The translations under genes were made by a program, and so were the position numbers. Below the pieces are notes generated by a model that saw only the letters and a program-made list of their open reading frames with translations, had not been told where the DNA came from and ran no database searches. A stretch of 64,000 bases of DNA from Squalus acanthias (lineage: Eukaryota). Positions within the stretch are counted from its first letter, which is position 1, and each line of letters begins with the position of its first letter. Positions 10,532-23,699 of this stretch are shown in pieces. The DNA lies in assembly GCA_030390025.1 (NCBI GenBank), contig CM059433.1, forward strand, positions 9,052,001 through 9,116,000. Direction: 5' to 3'.

Positions 10532-12093
10532 TATTTCAATTTTAAACTACACATCCCACTTCTGGAAATTACAGCTACCTGTCATCAGCTGATAAAAGGT
10601 GCTCCGTAGCAGGGCGAGCTTCAGACTCATGTAGTATCCTACTCTAGATGATACAATACATGCAATATGATGTAATACATCCTTAAAAGGGGTAGGCGCC
10701 ATTAAAATAACCTTCCCCATTGGTTAAAAGGACTTCAGTGAATATTTATATTATGTGGAGGGAATCGAAGAAAGACAACCATAAGGAGATTGCAACATGA
10801 TTTTGTTTCCTAAAAAAAAAGCTTGCATGCACCAGTTAAGAAATATTTGGTATAGTTTCAGGTGTTGACATTTGGTTTTGATATTTGATTATAGTAATAA
10901 AAACCCATTTTAGAGTTTCAAAAAGTATACTAATAGTCAATTATTTGAACAGTGCACATCTAGTCCAAACCAAACTGTTCACTCATTTCTATTACAAACT
11001 TGCGTATCTCCTCAGAAATAGAATAAAGAAAAACATAAATTCAAAACGTGCAGATTAGAAGTTTTTAAGCATACTGGTGCTATGATGACAACTGCTCTTT
11101 TTTGTAGTTTCAACGCCAAACTAAATATAATCTGCTGCTAACCACAAGTAAAGTACAAAAAAGTTAATAAACTTATCTGTTTGGGACTCTTCTGGTCCAG
11201 AACTTTTCTTTCCGCTAGGTTGACCTGGTAGGAAAAGCCACAGTGGCTTCCCCACTCAAACCACTGGTTAAAATACTAGTTGGGACCCGATGACACCATC
11301 AGAGACTGATTTACATATTTCCGGTAGCTGTCCTTCCCGCCTGTTCGGAAGATATCGCCATTGCAGGAAATGGTGAGCCAATACAAGAGCTCAATATAAA
11401 TTTTACCTCAATAAAGCTTTTTAAATAAAATCTGTCTTCCTGTTTTTCAAAATTACGTGACGAAAGCGACTATGCAGAAAGTGCTAGAAGCTCAAGAAAA
11501 ACTTTCCATCGACAGAGCCAACTGAATGGTGTTGATGCAGCCTGGGGAATTATGCACATGCTCTGGCTGAGACTGCAATCCAAATTCAGCTGGTAGAGTC
11601 CCAGCTTCGGGCAAAAATATCAAACCCACGCCTCCGGTTTTGGGAGAAGCTGATGTCATCAAGTAAAACATAAGTAAAGGCATTAAAAGGCATAAAACAT
11701 AGTTACATGGATAAAATAAGTTATTGCGAAACACGTACTTTCTTGATTTTTGTTTTGTTTTGTTTAAACCCTTATATTGATATTTGAAAATTCAGCCACC
11801 CGAGGAAAAGAAAATTGAGCAATTTGTGGGAACATGGCGGCCAGTTAACGCAATCAGTGATTTGGTTACACAGGCAAAATCCATTCTAAATGTGGACATA
11901 GGAATTTATAATCAGCAAAAGTGGATATATAAACTGCAAGAAAAATGTGATAACAGTAAGTCAAGCTCGACAGACATGTATTACGTGTAGACACAAGATT
12001 TCTTTATATTATAATTAATAGACTCGTGTGGAGCATAAACACCGGCACGGACCAGTTGGGCTGAATGGCCGGTTTCTGTGCTGTAAATACAGT

Positions 12094-12835
12094 GGGGGAG
12101 AAATTCAGTATCGCCCCGTTTGGGGCCGGTAACTTTTGAAAGCTGGGAAACTTAGTGCCAGGCGCTAATGATTCCCAGTTTTATAAAAATTGGGTTTTAG
12201 CACTCCAGGAAGAAAGTGGATCAAACGCTAAATCAAGCGCTCCACTTCCTTCCTGGAGCGCGACAGGCAGCAGGCGGGCGGTAGGTGAGCAGCGCCTGTA
12301 CACTGGGCCGTGCGGCGCTGCCGCGTTGGAAGGTTCCTTCCCTCCCTTAAAGGGAAGGGCCATCGCTGCAGGCTCTGCAAGGGGGAAATTTACCTGGTCC
12401 CCGATGGCAGCCACGATCCGGCCCGATCAGCCCGATGCACTGCAGCAGAGCGCCGGGCTGATCGATCGCTGGCGAAGACAAAGGGAGAAAAAAAGAGAAA
12501 GAGCATGTCAGATTTTTTTTTACTTACCTCGGCCACCTCGCCTTTAAGTATCGCCCCCGAAGCGCCCGGCCTCCCGATGGACGCCTCCTGCAGCTGCCGG
12601 TGTTTCCGCCCGGCGATGCTGCAGGGGGCGGAACCGAAGTTCGGGTCCGGGGTGCTGCTCAGCCGGATGACGTCATGATCTCCGGGCGCAGGAGATCATG
12701 GCGCTAGGAGTTACCGCCGCCGCAAACCACCAGGTGAATTTCGCAGGCGGCGGTAACATCGCCACACCCGGGCGGTAAGTCATTAGCGCCCCATTATCAC
12801 CCCCGGAGGCGCTAACCAACCAAATTTCTCCCCCC
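12094..12835. mobile_element. PIF/Harbinger-like MITE
   Basis: TIR gggggagaaatt / aatttctccccc; GC-rich interior; TSD not clean. Confidence 0.75.
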
Positions 12836-12982
12836 ATATATCTATACAGAATCAGGCCACAAGGGGTAAAAAATAACCTTTTTAAAACATATTTCTTGCA
12901 TAGCTTGATTATCAGGAGGAATTTGGATGAAAGATAGTCCTTCACAGATGTTCATCATGTGATTCTTATGTTAACATCTCCC

Positions 12983-13295
12983 ATCAGTACAATTTCAAAA
13001 TTTGCTGATGACACCAAATTGGGGGGTGTAGTTAATACACAGGGGGACTGCGACAAAATACAGGAAGATATTAATAAACCTGCAGAATGGATGTGTAATT
13101 GGCAAATAAACTTCAATACAGATAAGTGCAAGGTAATACATTTTGGTAGGAAGATTAAGGAGGCCACATACGCCTTGGAAAATAAGTGTCCAAATGGGGT
13201 ACAGGAACAGAGGGGACCTGGGTGTACAGATACACAAATCACAAAGTAGCCACGCAGATTAATAACGCCATAAAATAAGCAAACAAAGCTTTTAA
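12983..13295 (+). mobile_element. CR1 RT fragment
   Basis: [29 protein letters not shown]. Confidence 0.85.
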
Positions 13296-13319
13296 TTGGA
13301 ACATTGAATAATTTCTGGC

Positions 13320-14945
13320 TCATCTAGGACTGGATGTCAGACAAGCAGGCCGACAACACAAATGCAATGGAGGGGGTCAAGAGAGGTAGAGCTGGGTGTC
13401 GTCAGTGTACATGTGGTATCTGACATCATGTCTTCAGATGATGTTGCTGAGGTGCTGCATGTAGATGAGAAATGTGAGGGTGCCAAGGATAGATCATTGT
13501 GAAACTCCAGAGCTAACGGTGCGGGGGCAGGAAGAGAAGCCATTTGCAGGAGATTCTCTGGCTACGACGGGATAGATATGAATGGAACCAGGCGAGGGCA
13601 TTCACATTTGCTGGACAACTGAGGATGCATTGGAGCAGGATGGTGTGGTTAACCGTGTCAAAGGCTGCAGAGAGGTCGAGAAGGATGAGGAGGAATAGTC
13701 CACCTTGGTCATGATTAGGATCCTTTCAGTGCTGTGGCAGGCTTGGAAACCTGACTGGAGAGATTCAAACAGAGTTGTGGGAAAGGTGGACGTGGATTTG
13801 GGAGGCAACAACACATTCAAGGACTTTGGTGACGAAATGGAGGGTGGAGATTGGGCGGTAGTTTACAAAGACAGAGGAGTCAAGGGTGGATTTTTTGAAG
13901 AGAGGGATGACAGAAAATTTGAAAGAGAGAAGAACAGTACCCGAGGAGGGAACAGTTTACAATAGCAGTGAGCTTGACTGCCAGGAAGGGAAGATGGGCG
14001 GTCAGCTGTTAAGTGGGAATAGGGTCAAGAGAGCAAGAGATGGGTCTTGGACAACTTGAACTCAGAGACAGTATTAGGGAAGATAAGAGAGAAACTAGAG
14101 AAAGATGCTAGGGTAGGGGGGTAACCTTGGTGAAAGCATAGCTTGGTGGGCAAGCGGAAGCAAGGGTTGCAGCAGAGGCAGCTGAACGGTTAATGATCTT
14201 ATTGAGAAAGACGTCCTTGAGCTCCTCGCACCTGTCGTTGGAGGCGAGGGTGGCGGGTGCAGGGCAGAAGGGTTTCAGGAGTTGGTTGATCCTGGAGAAA
14301 AGAAACCGGGGAATATCTTTGCATTCCAGGGTGATCCTGGAAGAGTGAACCGTTTGGGCAGAGGAGAGCTGGTGCCTGATGTGGCCCAGTCAGATCTGGC
14401 AAGGAATAGCTAAACTAGTTGTGCGCAACAAACATTCAAGTCTGGGCCCCTTGGACTTAAGAGAATGAAGATGGATGGCATACTGGGAGAACGGCCATGG
14501 TGGGAGAGAAAAAGGGCATTACCAAGGACAAGGGCATCAAAGGCGGAACTGAGGGAATGATTGAGCAGATCGACAGCTGGAGAAGCATCGTGGTAAGTGG
14601 AGGGCCAAAGACTGGACAGTTGGGAGTTTGATAGTGTCGTTGTAAGTGACTTTGGGGACAGTTTATTCCGGGGCAGAAGCAGGAAATGGGGTTATAAAGG
14701 GGGGGGGGGGGGGGGGGGGGGGGAAGAGAAGGAAAGGTGAGTGGTGAGGGATACAAGGAATTGATCAGAGATGGCCTTATTTGTGATTGAGACGATGGGA
14801 CTAGAGAGGCCATGTGACATGGTAAGGTCGGGGGGGAGGTCTTAAATATGGGTAGGAGAGTTTATATGGAGTGAGTGTTAAGAAAGGACAGGAGAGCAGT
14901 GAACTCAGGAGAGAGGGCAAGAGGAGTTCAGATGGAGGTTAACAG
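13320..14945 (-). mobile_element. Degenerate L2-type LINE ORF2 fragment
   Basis: [14 protein letters not shown] and RT-core remnants in several frames. Confidence 0.7.
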
Positions 14946-15104
14946 TATATTCAAGGAGGATTTAAAAATTGTGATTCGAGCCCCTGCTATCTCTTCTCTA
15001 ACTTCTTTCAGCAGCTTAAGGTGCGTGCTTTCTGCTATTTTTTTCTAAAACTAATCCCTTTTCTACAGTTAGTTCCATCAACTGTTCTACATCCTCCTCT
15101 GGTG

Positions 15105-15512
15105 TAGCGTTACCCAATACGTTAGCCACATGTGGCGAATTGAGAAGCCAGATGTGGCTAAATGCATTTCTGATTAGTAAATAAAAATGAGTAATAGACA
15201 CCGCTGTTGGTCATGAGATTTCAATATTCATATTAGCACAGCGTATGGATGTGTACTTTAATCTATTTGTTGGTAAAATGGCAAGACCAAACGCAGTGCG
15301 TGTGAATGTTTTTTGATCAATAAGTGCTTTACTTCGTTTGTCACTAAATGGTGGCAGAGGTTTGTTGAGTAGAGATATACTTGTGAAGTACATTTACCTG
15401 TATTGCAGGAGTGTATGTAATGCGTTTTCTACTAAAATGAGAGTATGTGGCTAAAATGGTGTTTTCGTAGCCACGCTTGTGGCTAGTCAGTGATTTCTAT
15501 TGGACAAAACTG
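15105..15512. mobile_element. hAT (Charlie-like) MITE
   Basis: TIR tagcgttacccaata / tattggacaaaactg, degenerate 8-bp TSD ctctggtg/ctctagta, repeated subterminal tagccac/gtggcta motifs. Confidence 0.7.
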
Positions 15513-15816
15513 CTCTAGTACATCGACGCTCTCACTTCCACTTTAAATTAAAAACAAAACTGATGGAAAATATTTATTTAATGTCATCTATGACCCACCA
15601 GCTCCTTATTACCAACACAGACAAGTGGAAGAAAGAAAAATGGAGGGCATGCTTACTTAATGAATGGTGTCAAATTAGCTAGGGAGAGACTTAAACTAGT
15701 AGTGTTTGTGCTGGCAGTGCTGTAGCAGTGTCATTTCCATTTCTTCTGTTGCCATATTTCTAATTTCTTGATTGTTTAGAAGCTAAGCATATGTAGCAGG
15801 TGGATATTTTGATAAT

Positions 15817-16190
15817 ACAACAACAAGTATTTATATAGCACCTTAAGCGTAGTAAAACGCCCCAAGGCACTTCACACGAGCATTATCAAACAAAATTTCA
15901 CACCGAACCACATAAGGAGATATTCGGGCAGATGAGGGGTAGGTTTTAAGGAGCATCTTAAAGGAGGAAAGAGAGGTAGAGAGGCGGAGGGGTTTAAAGG
16001 AGGGAATTCCAGAGCTTAGGGCCTTGGCAGCTGAAGGCACGGCCGCCAATGGTGGAACGATTAAAATCGGGGATGCTCAAGAGGCCAGAATTAGAGGAGC
16101 GCAGATATCTGAGGGTTGTGGGGCTGGAGGAGATTGCAGAGCTAGGGAGGGGCGAGGCCATGGACGGATTTGAAAACAAGGATCATAATT
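15817..16190 (-). mobile_element. L2-type LINE 3' end
   Basis: LRSSNSGLLSIP..STIGGRAFSCQGPKLWNSL; tail tgctatataaat-(tgt)n. Confidence 0.85.
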
Positions 16191-16847
16191 CAGTCTAAAA
16201 TTACATGAATCAAAGATGATTCACAAACGTACAAACAGATAAACTAGTTTATCTTACGGCAGGTTTATTCCAGAATAATCATTAGTTAATAAGTAAAACC
16301 CATGAACTGTGCACACTCATTTCCAAATGCTCCTTGTTCACGGTTTATAAAAAAAAAACGTTCAACTGTCACGATTCAAGGTCATTTAGAATCTGACTTG
16401 TGAATGGTCTCCATTCAAACGTAATTTTCCCCACCAGCTATCACTGAAGCATCCTACAGTTTTAAGTTTCGAAGAACTGAAAATACTTCTAAAGTGACAC
16501 TTGTTCGCAAGCCTCTCATGATACTTATGATCAATCCTGCTATCTATTATGACATGGATTGCAATTTATCAATTGAAGAACATCTTCAATTTTGCATAGA
16601 TACAAACTCACTTCATGGTAATTTGGAACTTCAGACGATTCTAGTTTCTCTTCTTTCACTGGCCCCCCAAAAACAGCAGACATCTGAAAAAACGATGAAG
16701 CTTCTCCAACCTGGCAATTGGACATGCAGTTTCTATCTACCTCATTTTCTTGTCCTATCTCATTTTCCAGAGGTAGTTTCTCAACTAGTTTAGGATTTGG
16801 TTTCCACATAAACTAGGTTCAATTTTATGTCACACAAAGAATTAAAC

Positions 16848-17063
16848 GGAGAAGTCGCACAACACCAGGTTATAGTCCAACAGATTTATTTAAAATTACG
16901 AGCTTTCGGAGCTGTTGCCCCTTCATCAGGTAGAGTTACTCTACCTGACGAAGGAGCAGCGCTCCGAAAGCTCGTAATTTTAAATAAATCTGTTGGACTA
17001 TAACCTGGTGTTGTGCGACTTCTCATTTTTGTCCACCCCAGTCCAACACCGGCATCTCTGCAT
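16848..17063. mobile_element. Fold-back Penelope-derived mini-element with two minimal hammerhead ribozymes
   Basis: 176-bp near-perfect palindrome (16849-17024) plus tail; 12-bp TSD aaagaattaaac; CTGA(C/T)GA-stem-GAAAGCTC on both strands. Confidence 0.85.
16942..16976 (+). ncRNA. Minimal type-I hammerhead ribozyme motif
   Basis: tac-CTGACGA-A-GGAGC-agc-GCTCC-GAAAGCTC-gta: conserved core, stem II, palindromic AGCT in place of stem III, 3-bp stem I. Confidence 0.7.
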
Positions 17064-17654
17064 AAAGAATTAAACATTCAGGGATTGAGTGAGAGCGAGT
17101 GCGAGACTGAGCAAGTCTGAAAATATGTCCACTAATGCTGCAAAAGAGTTTGGAGGAAAAGTAAAACTGCTGCTGATGTCTGCAGGAGCAGATTGGAGAA
17201 CTTTAAGGTCACAACCTAGAAAGGAAGACCTCAAGTCAAACTTTTTACAGAACATTAAAGCTCAAATACTGCATATTAGAAAAACTATAAATAACCCTTC
17301 CTAAGAAAAGAATCAATTAAAATAACTATTTTGCAAAGATTTTACCTCACAAGCAATTCCAGCAACTTGGCTAAAGATCATTACCCTGGAGATAAAAACT
17401 TTTAGAAAATTTACCTAATACAAAATTAACATTTCTATTTTGGGGGGGGGGAAAGAGATTGGTTAACAAGCATATAGGAACTATTCCTTAAAAAAATACA
17501 TTATAAAAAGAAAAGCATAATTAAAAAAAGATGAAACCTAAGTTTAGGGTGCATATCTTCTTTATCATTACGTACCCGAGGCCGGCACTGGTCCTTACTG
17601 TAGATCTGCCAGCAAATATTAAGAAATATCAAAGACTCTGGTTGACCACCCAAA

Positions 17655-18742
17655 TGGTACGTTGGCCTTTATTACAAGAGGATTTGAGTACAAGAGTAAA
17701 GACGTCTTACTGCAATTATATAGGGCCCTGGTGAGACCACACCTGGAGTATTGTGTACAGTTTTGGTCTCCTTACCTAAGGAAGGATATACTTGCCATAG
17801 AGGGAGTGCAACGAAGGTTCACCAGACTGATTCCTGGGATGGTGGGATTGTCCTATGAGGAGAGATTGTGTAGACTAGCCTATATTCTCTAGGGTTTCCA
17901 CTATGCCACCTAGTGGGCAACACGGTGGCATAGTGGTTAGCACTGGTGCCTCACAGCGCCAGAGACCCGGGTTCGAATCTGACCTCGGGTGACTGTCTGT
18001 GTGGTGTTTGCACATTCTCCCCGTGTCTGCGTAGGTTTCCTCCGGGTGCTCCGGTTTCCTCCCACAGTCCAAAAATGTGTGTGGGTTAGGTTGATTTGGC
18101 TATGATAAATTGACCCTTAGTGTTAGGGGGGATTAAATATGTGGGGTTATGGGGATAGGATGGGATATGTTAGGGGGAATTAAATACGTGGGGTTACGGG
18201 GGTAGGGTGGGATATGTGTACTGTGGGGATTAAAGCAGGGACAGGGTACTGGATTTGGATGATCAGCCATGATCGTATTGAATGGCGGAGCAGGCTCGAC
18301 GGGCCGAATGGCCTACTCCTGCTCCTAGATTCTATGTTTCTATGTTTAGAAGAATGAGAGGTGATCTCATTGAAACGTACAAAATTCTTACAGGGCTTGA
18401 CAGGGTAGATGCAGGGAGGATGTTTCCCCTGGCTGGGGAGTCTAGAACCAGGGGTCACAGTCTCAGAATTAGGGGTCGGCCATTTAGGACTGAGATGAGG
18501 AGAAATTCCTTCACTCAGAGGGTGGTGAATCTTTGGAATTCTCTACCCCAGAGGGCTGTGGAGGCTCAGTCATTGGTTTATTCAAGACAGAGATCGATAG
18601 ATTTTTGAATACTAAGGGAATCAAGGGACATGGGGATAATGCAGGAAAGTGGAGATGAGGTAGAAGATCAGCCATGATCTTATTGAATGGCGGAGCAGGC
18701 TCGAGGGGCCAAATGGCCGACTCCTGCTCCTATTTCTTATGT
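17655..18742 (+). mobile_element. CR1/HER1-like LINE 3' end interrupted by a SINE
   Basis: [19 protein letters not shown] lies before the SINE and RRMRGDLIETYK after it. Confidence 0.9.
17915..18345 (+). mobile_element. HE1-like tRNA-derived shark SINE
   Basis: A box tggcatagtgg, B box gggttcgaatc, central gtttgcacattctccccgtgtctgcg, CR1-type (ttctatgt)n tail. Confidence 0.85.
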
Positions 18743-18783
18743 CTACAGAACCACCCCATTTGTCATACATAAAAAATACTAAC

Positions 18784-18962
18784 CTGCAATAATCTCACGC
18801 AGTTTAGGATCCAAATTTACTGTGCATGGTAGAAATGTTTTTACATCTCGTGATGAAAGAATTGGCATTCTTGAAGATAGGAAAACTTCAAAGCTACGAA
18901 TATCGCTGTCAATTTCTAGAAGTGGCTCCACATCTTTGGTAGTTGGTATATTTTTGGAAATT
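18784..18962 (-). CDS. KIDINS220: KIDINS220 coding exon ([31 protein letters not shown]...[13 protein letters not shown])
   Basis: Within ORF 18779..18976; acceptor ttcag|A, donor G|gttagt; 179 nt, phase 2-1. Confidence 0.95.
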
Positions 18963-20092
18963 CTGAAGATAATCATAGGAAATACTATTACATAAATTAA
19001 AAAAAGAGACTTCTAGAACTGTCAGAAACAGCAACAGTATATTTTACATTTTGTAAAGAAACATTTACCAAGTATGTTATTTGTACCATCTCAAACTGCA
19101 AAGGGGCAAATAAAAACACACTGATTAACAGAATTTTAAAAAACCACAAATTTTCATAACCCAGTGCTATTTATAAGTGAAGTGACAGTACTGAAATGTA
19201 CACTTCTTGTCTATAATAAGTTTTAAACAGATGAATTTCCCTTTGTTTTTTGAAACCAGAAAACAATCACAATCAGGAAGTGAATGCGGTGAGAACGCAA
19301 TGTACTAATGTTTTCATTTAAGTGAAGAAATGCTGCTATAGTCGTCAAAGTTGTGCCAATTAAGTGAGTAAATATTCTTGAGATAGCAGAATAATTTAGA
19401 TTTTTAAGCCATCTCTTATGAAAGAGAGAGCAGAAAGAAGACAAACGATGCAATTCAAAAACTCAAAACAACCAGATTATTGTTCTCTCGTTACATTATA
19501 ACCTAAATAACATTTTTGCACAATTGGTCGCGCAAATATCATTTTTGATCCATTGGTCACATAGGAAAAAAAAAATTGAACTGGCATTAAATAAAATAGA
19601 ATTGAAGCAGCTTTTTTAAAGATCATATCAATGTAGTCCTTCAGTACACAAAGGAAATGTATTTAGTTCTAAGAATAATTAGCAATTAAACAGGGTTGCT
19701 TTAAAGGATTTGAATTTCATTCTCAGCTGACACGTCACATGAAGCAGACTAAAATAATTTTTGTCAGCTGCACCCTGCAAGCTGAATCTCAACGGTGAAC
19801 CCAGTATGCAGCCAACAAATGTTTTCAGTGCTCGAGTGTTCAGTATTTTACATATAGCTCAATCAGCTTTACTAGGCCATACTAAAAGAAAGAGTTGACT
19901 ATTATAAATATTGTGCACGTCAGTCAAAAAAATCACGCTATCAAATAGTTCACCAAATAACAAGCATTTTACTTGTAACTGGCTGAGAGGTACACATGTA
20001 TACAATAGCGTTTTGTTTTGCTTAGATAATGCAGTCCTTTGCCACTCAATTTTGTAAGCATCAGACAGTTGCAAATATTAAAGAAAAACAAT

Positions 20093-20535
20093 GGCCTGGA
20101 TTTTCCGGGGCCTATGACTGTGTACCCGACCGTAAGTGCCCCGCTGTTCCTGCTTTCCGCACGCGCGAAAACCCGGAACTTGCGCTGTGTGAAGTTTCAG
20201 CTTGACCGATCATCCGCATCTCCGGGAAATGGACATCCGCTGGTGGCGAGTTGGGCTATTTGTACCATGCTTTACCCAGATTCCGTACGTAAATGGAACC
20301 CCTATAAGCATAATGGGGATTCCCCCCTTTCGGATTGGTTGGCCTGGCCCACGTGATCCCGGGGGTGCTGGCGAACCACATGCACCCCTGGGATACGTGG
20401 GCCTGTACGCAGGAGTACGCCTGCAGCCCAGGAGCGGGAGTCGACGAACCTCCGGGACCATCAGATAGGTTCGTACTTTTCTTGCCGTTCAGAGGCATTC
20501 GCCCGCGTTGAGCCTCCAACCGCAAATTCAGGCCC
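20093..20535. mobile_element. PIF/Harbinger-like MITE
   Basis: Ends ggcctggattttccgg / ccgcaaattcaggccc, flanks AAT/ATT; shares tggcccacgtgatccc..tgcacccctggga with 44405-44455. Confidence 0.75.
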
Positions 20536-21629
20536 ATTTAATTTTCACCATACAAAGCAAAAATACTACAGCAAACATACAATTACTATAAAATGGTGAA
20601 ATATTATCAATCATACCCAGTACCCACATTTTAAAAGGCAAAAGTGAAACTCTGCATGAGTCCATTTTTCCTACTAAATCACAAGTATTTTAAAATAGGT
20701 GTGCTCAACTCACAATTTAAACATTTTCAGAAGACTACCCGTTTAATATATTTTCCCCACCACTTAAATGGTTACGCTATCCTTCAGCTTCCAGCAATCC
20801 TTGTTCAATTGTTCCAAGATTATTTGAAGAGGACTTAATTTTAAAGCATTATTTTTTTTTTATATAAAAAAAAGCAAGTGTAAAGATAGCAAGTGAGAGA
20901 AAAACAGAACCTCATTTCTCACATGACCCTTACAGACCAGCTATAGCTTTTGTTCGTGTTAGAAATATGAACATTCTAATTATTTATCTCAACGTAAAGT
21001 CAAATTGTGCCTCTGACCATAACAGTTTGTGTTTTTGAAATGTATTTGAATGTAAATTGGACAATCATTTTTTTTTTAAATAAAAGCTATTCATTTTTTA
21101 TTTTAGAAAGCATGAGAGGGGGAGAGAGAGAATGTCATTCGTCATCCTAATTAGACCCAATTACAAAACAATGAAATCAATGTTAACCAAGATCTTATCG
21201 AAACTTACAAACCGTGCTGCCAGGTCTGGGCCCTTCCCTTTCTGCTGACAGACACCAGGAATTCAACAGTTAGCCAAACCTCCACATTCCACTTCCCAGT
21301 TCTGCCAAATCTCAGGTCCTCCTCCAGTTTGCCAAATCCAGGTTCCCCCTTTACAATAAAGCCAAAACGAATGACCCATGCTGGAAAATTGAGCGGGGTG
21401 TATAACAGGTGAACGATTCGCTACCACCCGTTTTATCCCCACTGAAGTTGAAAGTTCCATTCACTGTTTCTTAGAAAGTGGGGGTGCGCATGGGACGGAG
21501 AAAAATTGGGAACATCTGATTTGATAAAAGAGTAGAGTAGAAATCGAAATAAGTCATTCTGAAATTGTATAGTGTGCTCTAGTCAGATGACATCTGGAGT
21601 ACTACATCCCATTATGGTCATCAAGACAT

Positions 21630-22070
21630 TTGCAAGTCAGCGGCATAGCAAAGGCGCTCGGCGCTGGCCCCGAAGTAAGCGTCCTACAAAGATCTCGCAA
21701 TCTCTGTGGCGAGAAGTTCGGCTTTTCCGAGGCGTAATTCAAATCAACGCAAGTTAATGGGAATTCCCAGCGAAGAGCTGCTGTGACGTCAACAAGCTGT
21801 CCAAGCAGCCAATCAAAACGCAGAATTCTCAGCAAGCCAGGACATGGGTAAGTGCCTTTGAATCTAACTTTTTTTTAAATGTTAGAGAGCAAAACAAAGA
21901 TTGGGGCTCTCACATGAGGAAAAGGCAAACCTGAAATAAAGATGAACAAACTTTAAAAAAAAAATTGATTTTCGGATGCGCTGCACTAAATCCCGAGGTT
22001 GCGGTTAGTTTCAAAGGGGCAACAGTGAACACGGTTCGTTGGCCGTTATTACCACCGCAAATTCCGAGCC
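21630..22070. mobile_element. Internally deleted PIF/Harbinger-like MITE (same family as 29614-30308)
   Basis: Shares aaagatctcgcaatctc, gctgtgacgtcaac, gcagccaatca, atgggtaag; right end accgcaaattccgagcc-AAT. Confidence 0.75.
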
Positions 22071-22280
22071 AATAGAAATATTCAAGCATAGGAGACAGTT
22101 CAAAGAACCAGGAGACTGATCTGTAGCATCAATGGAATCAGTTATGAGGAAACACTAGAGAAATTAGTTTTTTAAGCCTTGAAATGAAGCATCTGATAAA
22201 ATAGCAAGCAATATAGAAAAGGTACATCACAAACGATAGGGCAAGGTGATACACCTCAAACTAATAAAAGGTAAACATTG

Positions 22281-23122
22281 GACATAATAGGAACAGGAGG
22301 AGGCCATTCAGCCCCTCGAGCCTGTTCTGCCATTCAATGAGATCATGGCTGATCTGTATCTTAACTCCATCTACCCACTTTGGTTCCGTAACCCTTTATA
22401 CCCTTGCCGAACAAAAATCTATCAATCTCAGTTTTAAAATTTTCAACTGATCGAACCTCAGCAGCTTCTTGGGGAGCGGGGCGGGTAGAGAGTTTCATAT
22501 TTCTACTACTGTTGGTATGAAGAAATGTTTCCTGACATCACCCCTAAACAGTCGAACTCTAATTTTATGGTTATTTCCCCTTGTTTTGGACTCCCCCCCA
22601 CCAGAGGAAATAGTTTCTATCTATCCTATCAACTCATTTAATCATCTTAAACACCTCAACTAGATCACCTCTTAACCTTCTATACTCAAGGGAACACAAG
22701 CCTAATCTATGCAGCCTGTCCTCGTAATTTAACTCTTTTAGCCCCAGTATTATTCTGGTGCATCTGTGCTGCACCTATTCCAAGGCCAAATATCCTTTCG
22801 GAAATGTGGTGCCCAGAACTGAACACAGTACTCTAAAAGGGGTCGAACTAGAGCTTTATACAACTGTAACATTACTTCCACCCCTTTGTAATTCCAGCCC
22901 TCTTGCGATAAAGGCCAATATTCCAGTGGCCCTTTTAATTAATTTTTGTACCTGTCCAGTCGCTTTTAGTGATTTCTGTACTGGGACCCCTCGAACTCTC
23001 GGCTCCTCCACAGTTCCTAGCTTCACGTCATTTAGAAAATACTCTGATCCATCTATCTTGGGTACAAAGTGGATGACCTCACACTTCCCCAGATTGAACT
23101 CCATCTACCACAGTTTTGCCCA
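22281..23122 (-). mobile_element. CR1 LINE 3' fragment
   Basis: MEFNLGKCEVIHF; CR1 3' UTR. Confidence 0.85.
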
Positions 23123-23699
23123 GATGTCAGAAAGTTCTTTACAGAGTGACCAACACATGGAATGGGTTTCCAAGTAGGGTTATGGAGGCAAAAAGCCGAG
23201 AACCATTTAAAAAGCAGTTAAATGTCATGATTGGGGGCCTGGAGGTGAGCCAAAGATCCTTCCACACCTGCATCAATCTTGAGATGTGAATGATTTTGAC
23301 TTTAGATACTGGAATGAAGTGTTTGCAAGATGCAAACAAAAAGTAAACCTGAGATTAGAGGGCAAGTGTTTTAATATCATAAGCCAAATCTTTCTTGTAA
23401 CCATGGACAAAATGGATAAAAATGGGCACCACCGTTCCAAAAACTGACCCAAAAATGCAAAAAGGGAATCCAAGGAAGACAACAAGAACACAAAATTAAA
23501 TTAAGATCGTAATACACAAAGATCATTTTCTACAATAAGACGGATTGAAAATTGCTTAAAGATCACAGAAAGCCACTTATTGCTAGTTTTTGTCATAATG
23601 CTGTCATTAATATTGTCTGCATGATGTCATGCATGAGCACCAACCAGCTTATTTGAGTAAAAGCAACATAAGTTTGCTCTTTTGTAAGCCAACTATGCC

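Noticed and set aside
12155-12678. Overlapping 120-130 aa ORFs, and most other short ORFs in the track
   Set aside because: GC-rich MITE interiors or antisense shadows of LINEs and exons; no recognisable domains.
14698-14723. Long poly-G run (also 44953-44974) as a functional G-quadruplex
   Set aside because: Simple homopolymer expansions inside decayed TEs; lengths may be assembly-dependent.
17915-17990. tRNA genes (also 58665, 62688, 57455)
   Set aside because: These are A/B-box heads continuing into SINE bodies, with no complete cloverleaf and terminator.
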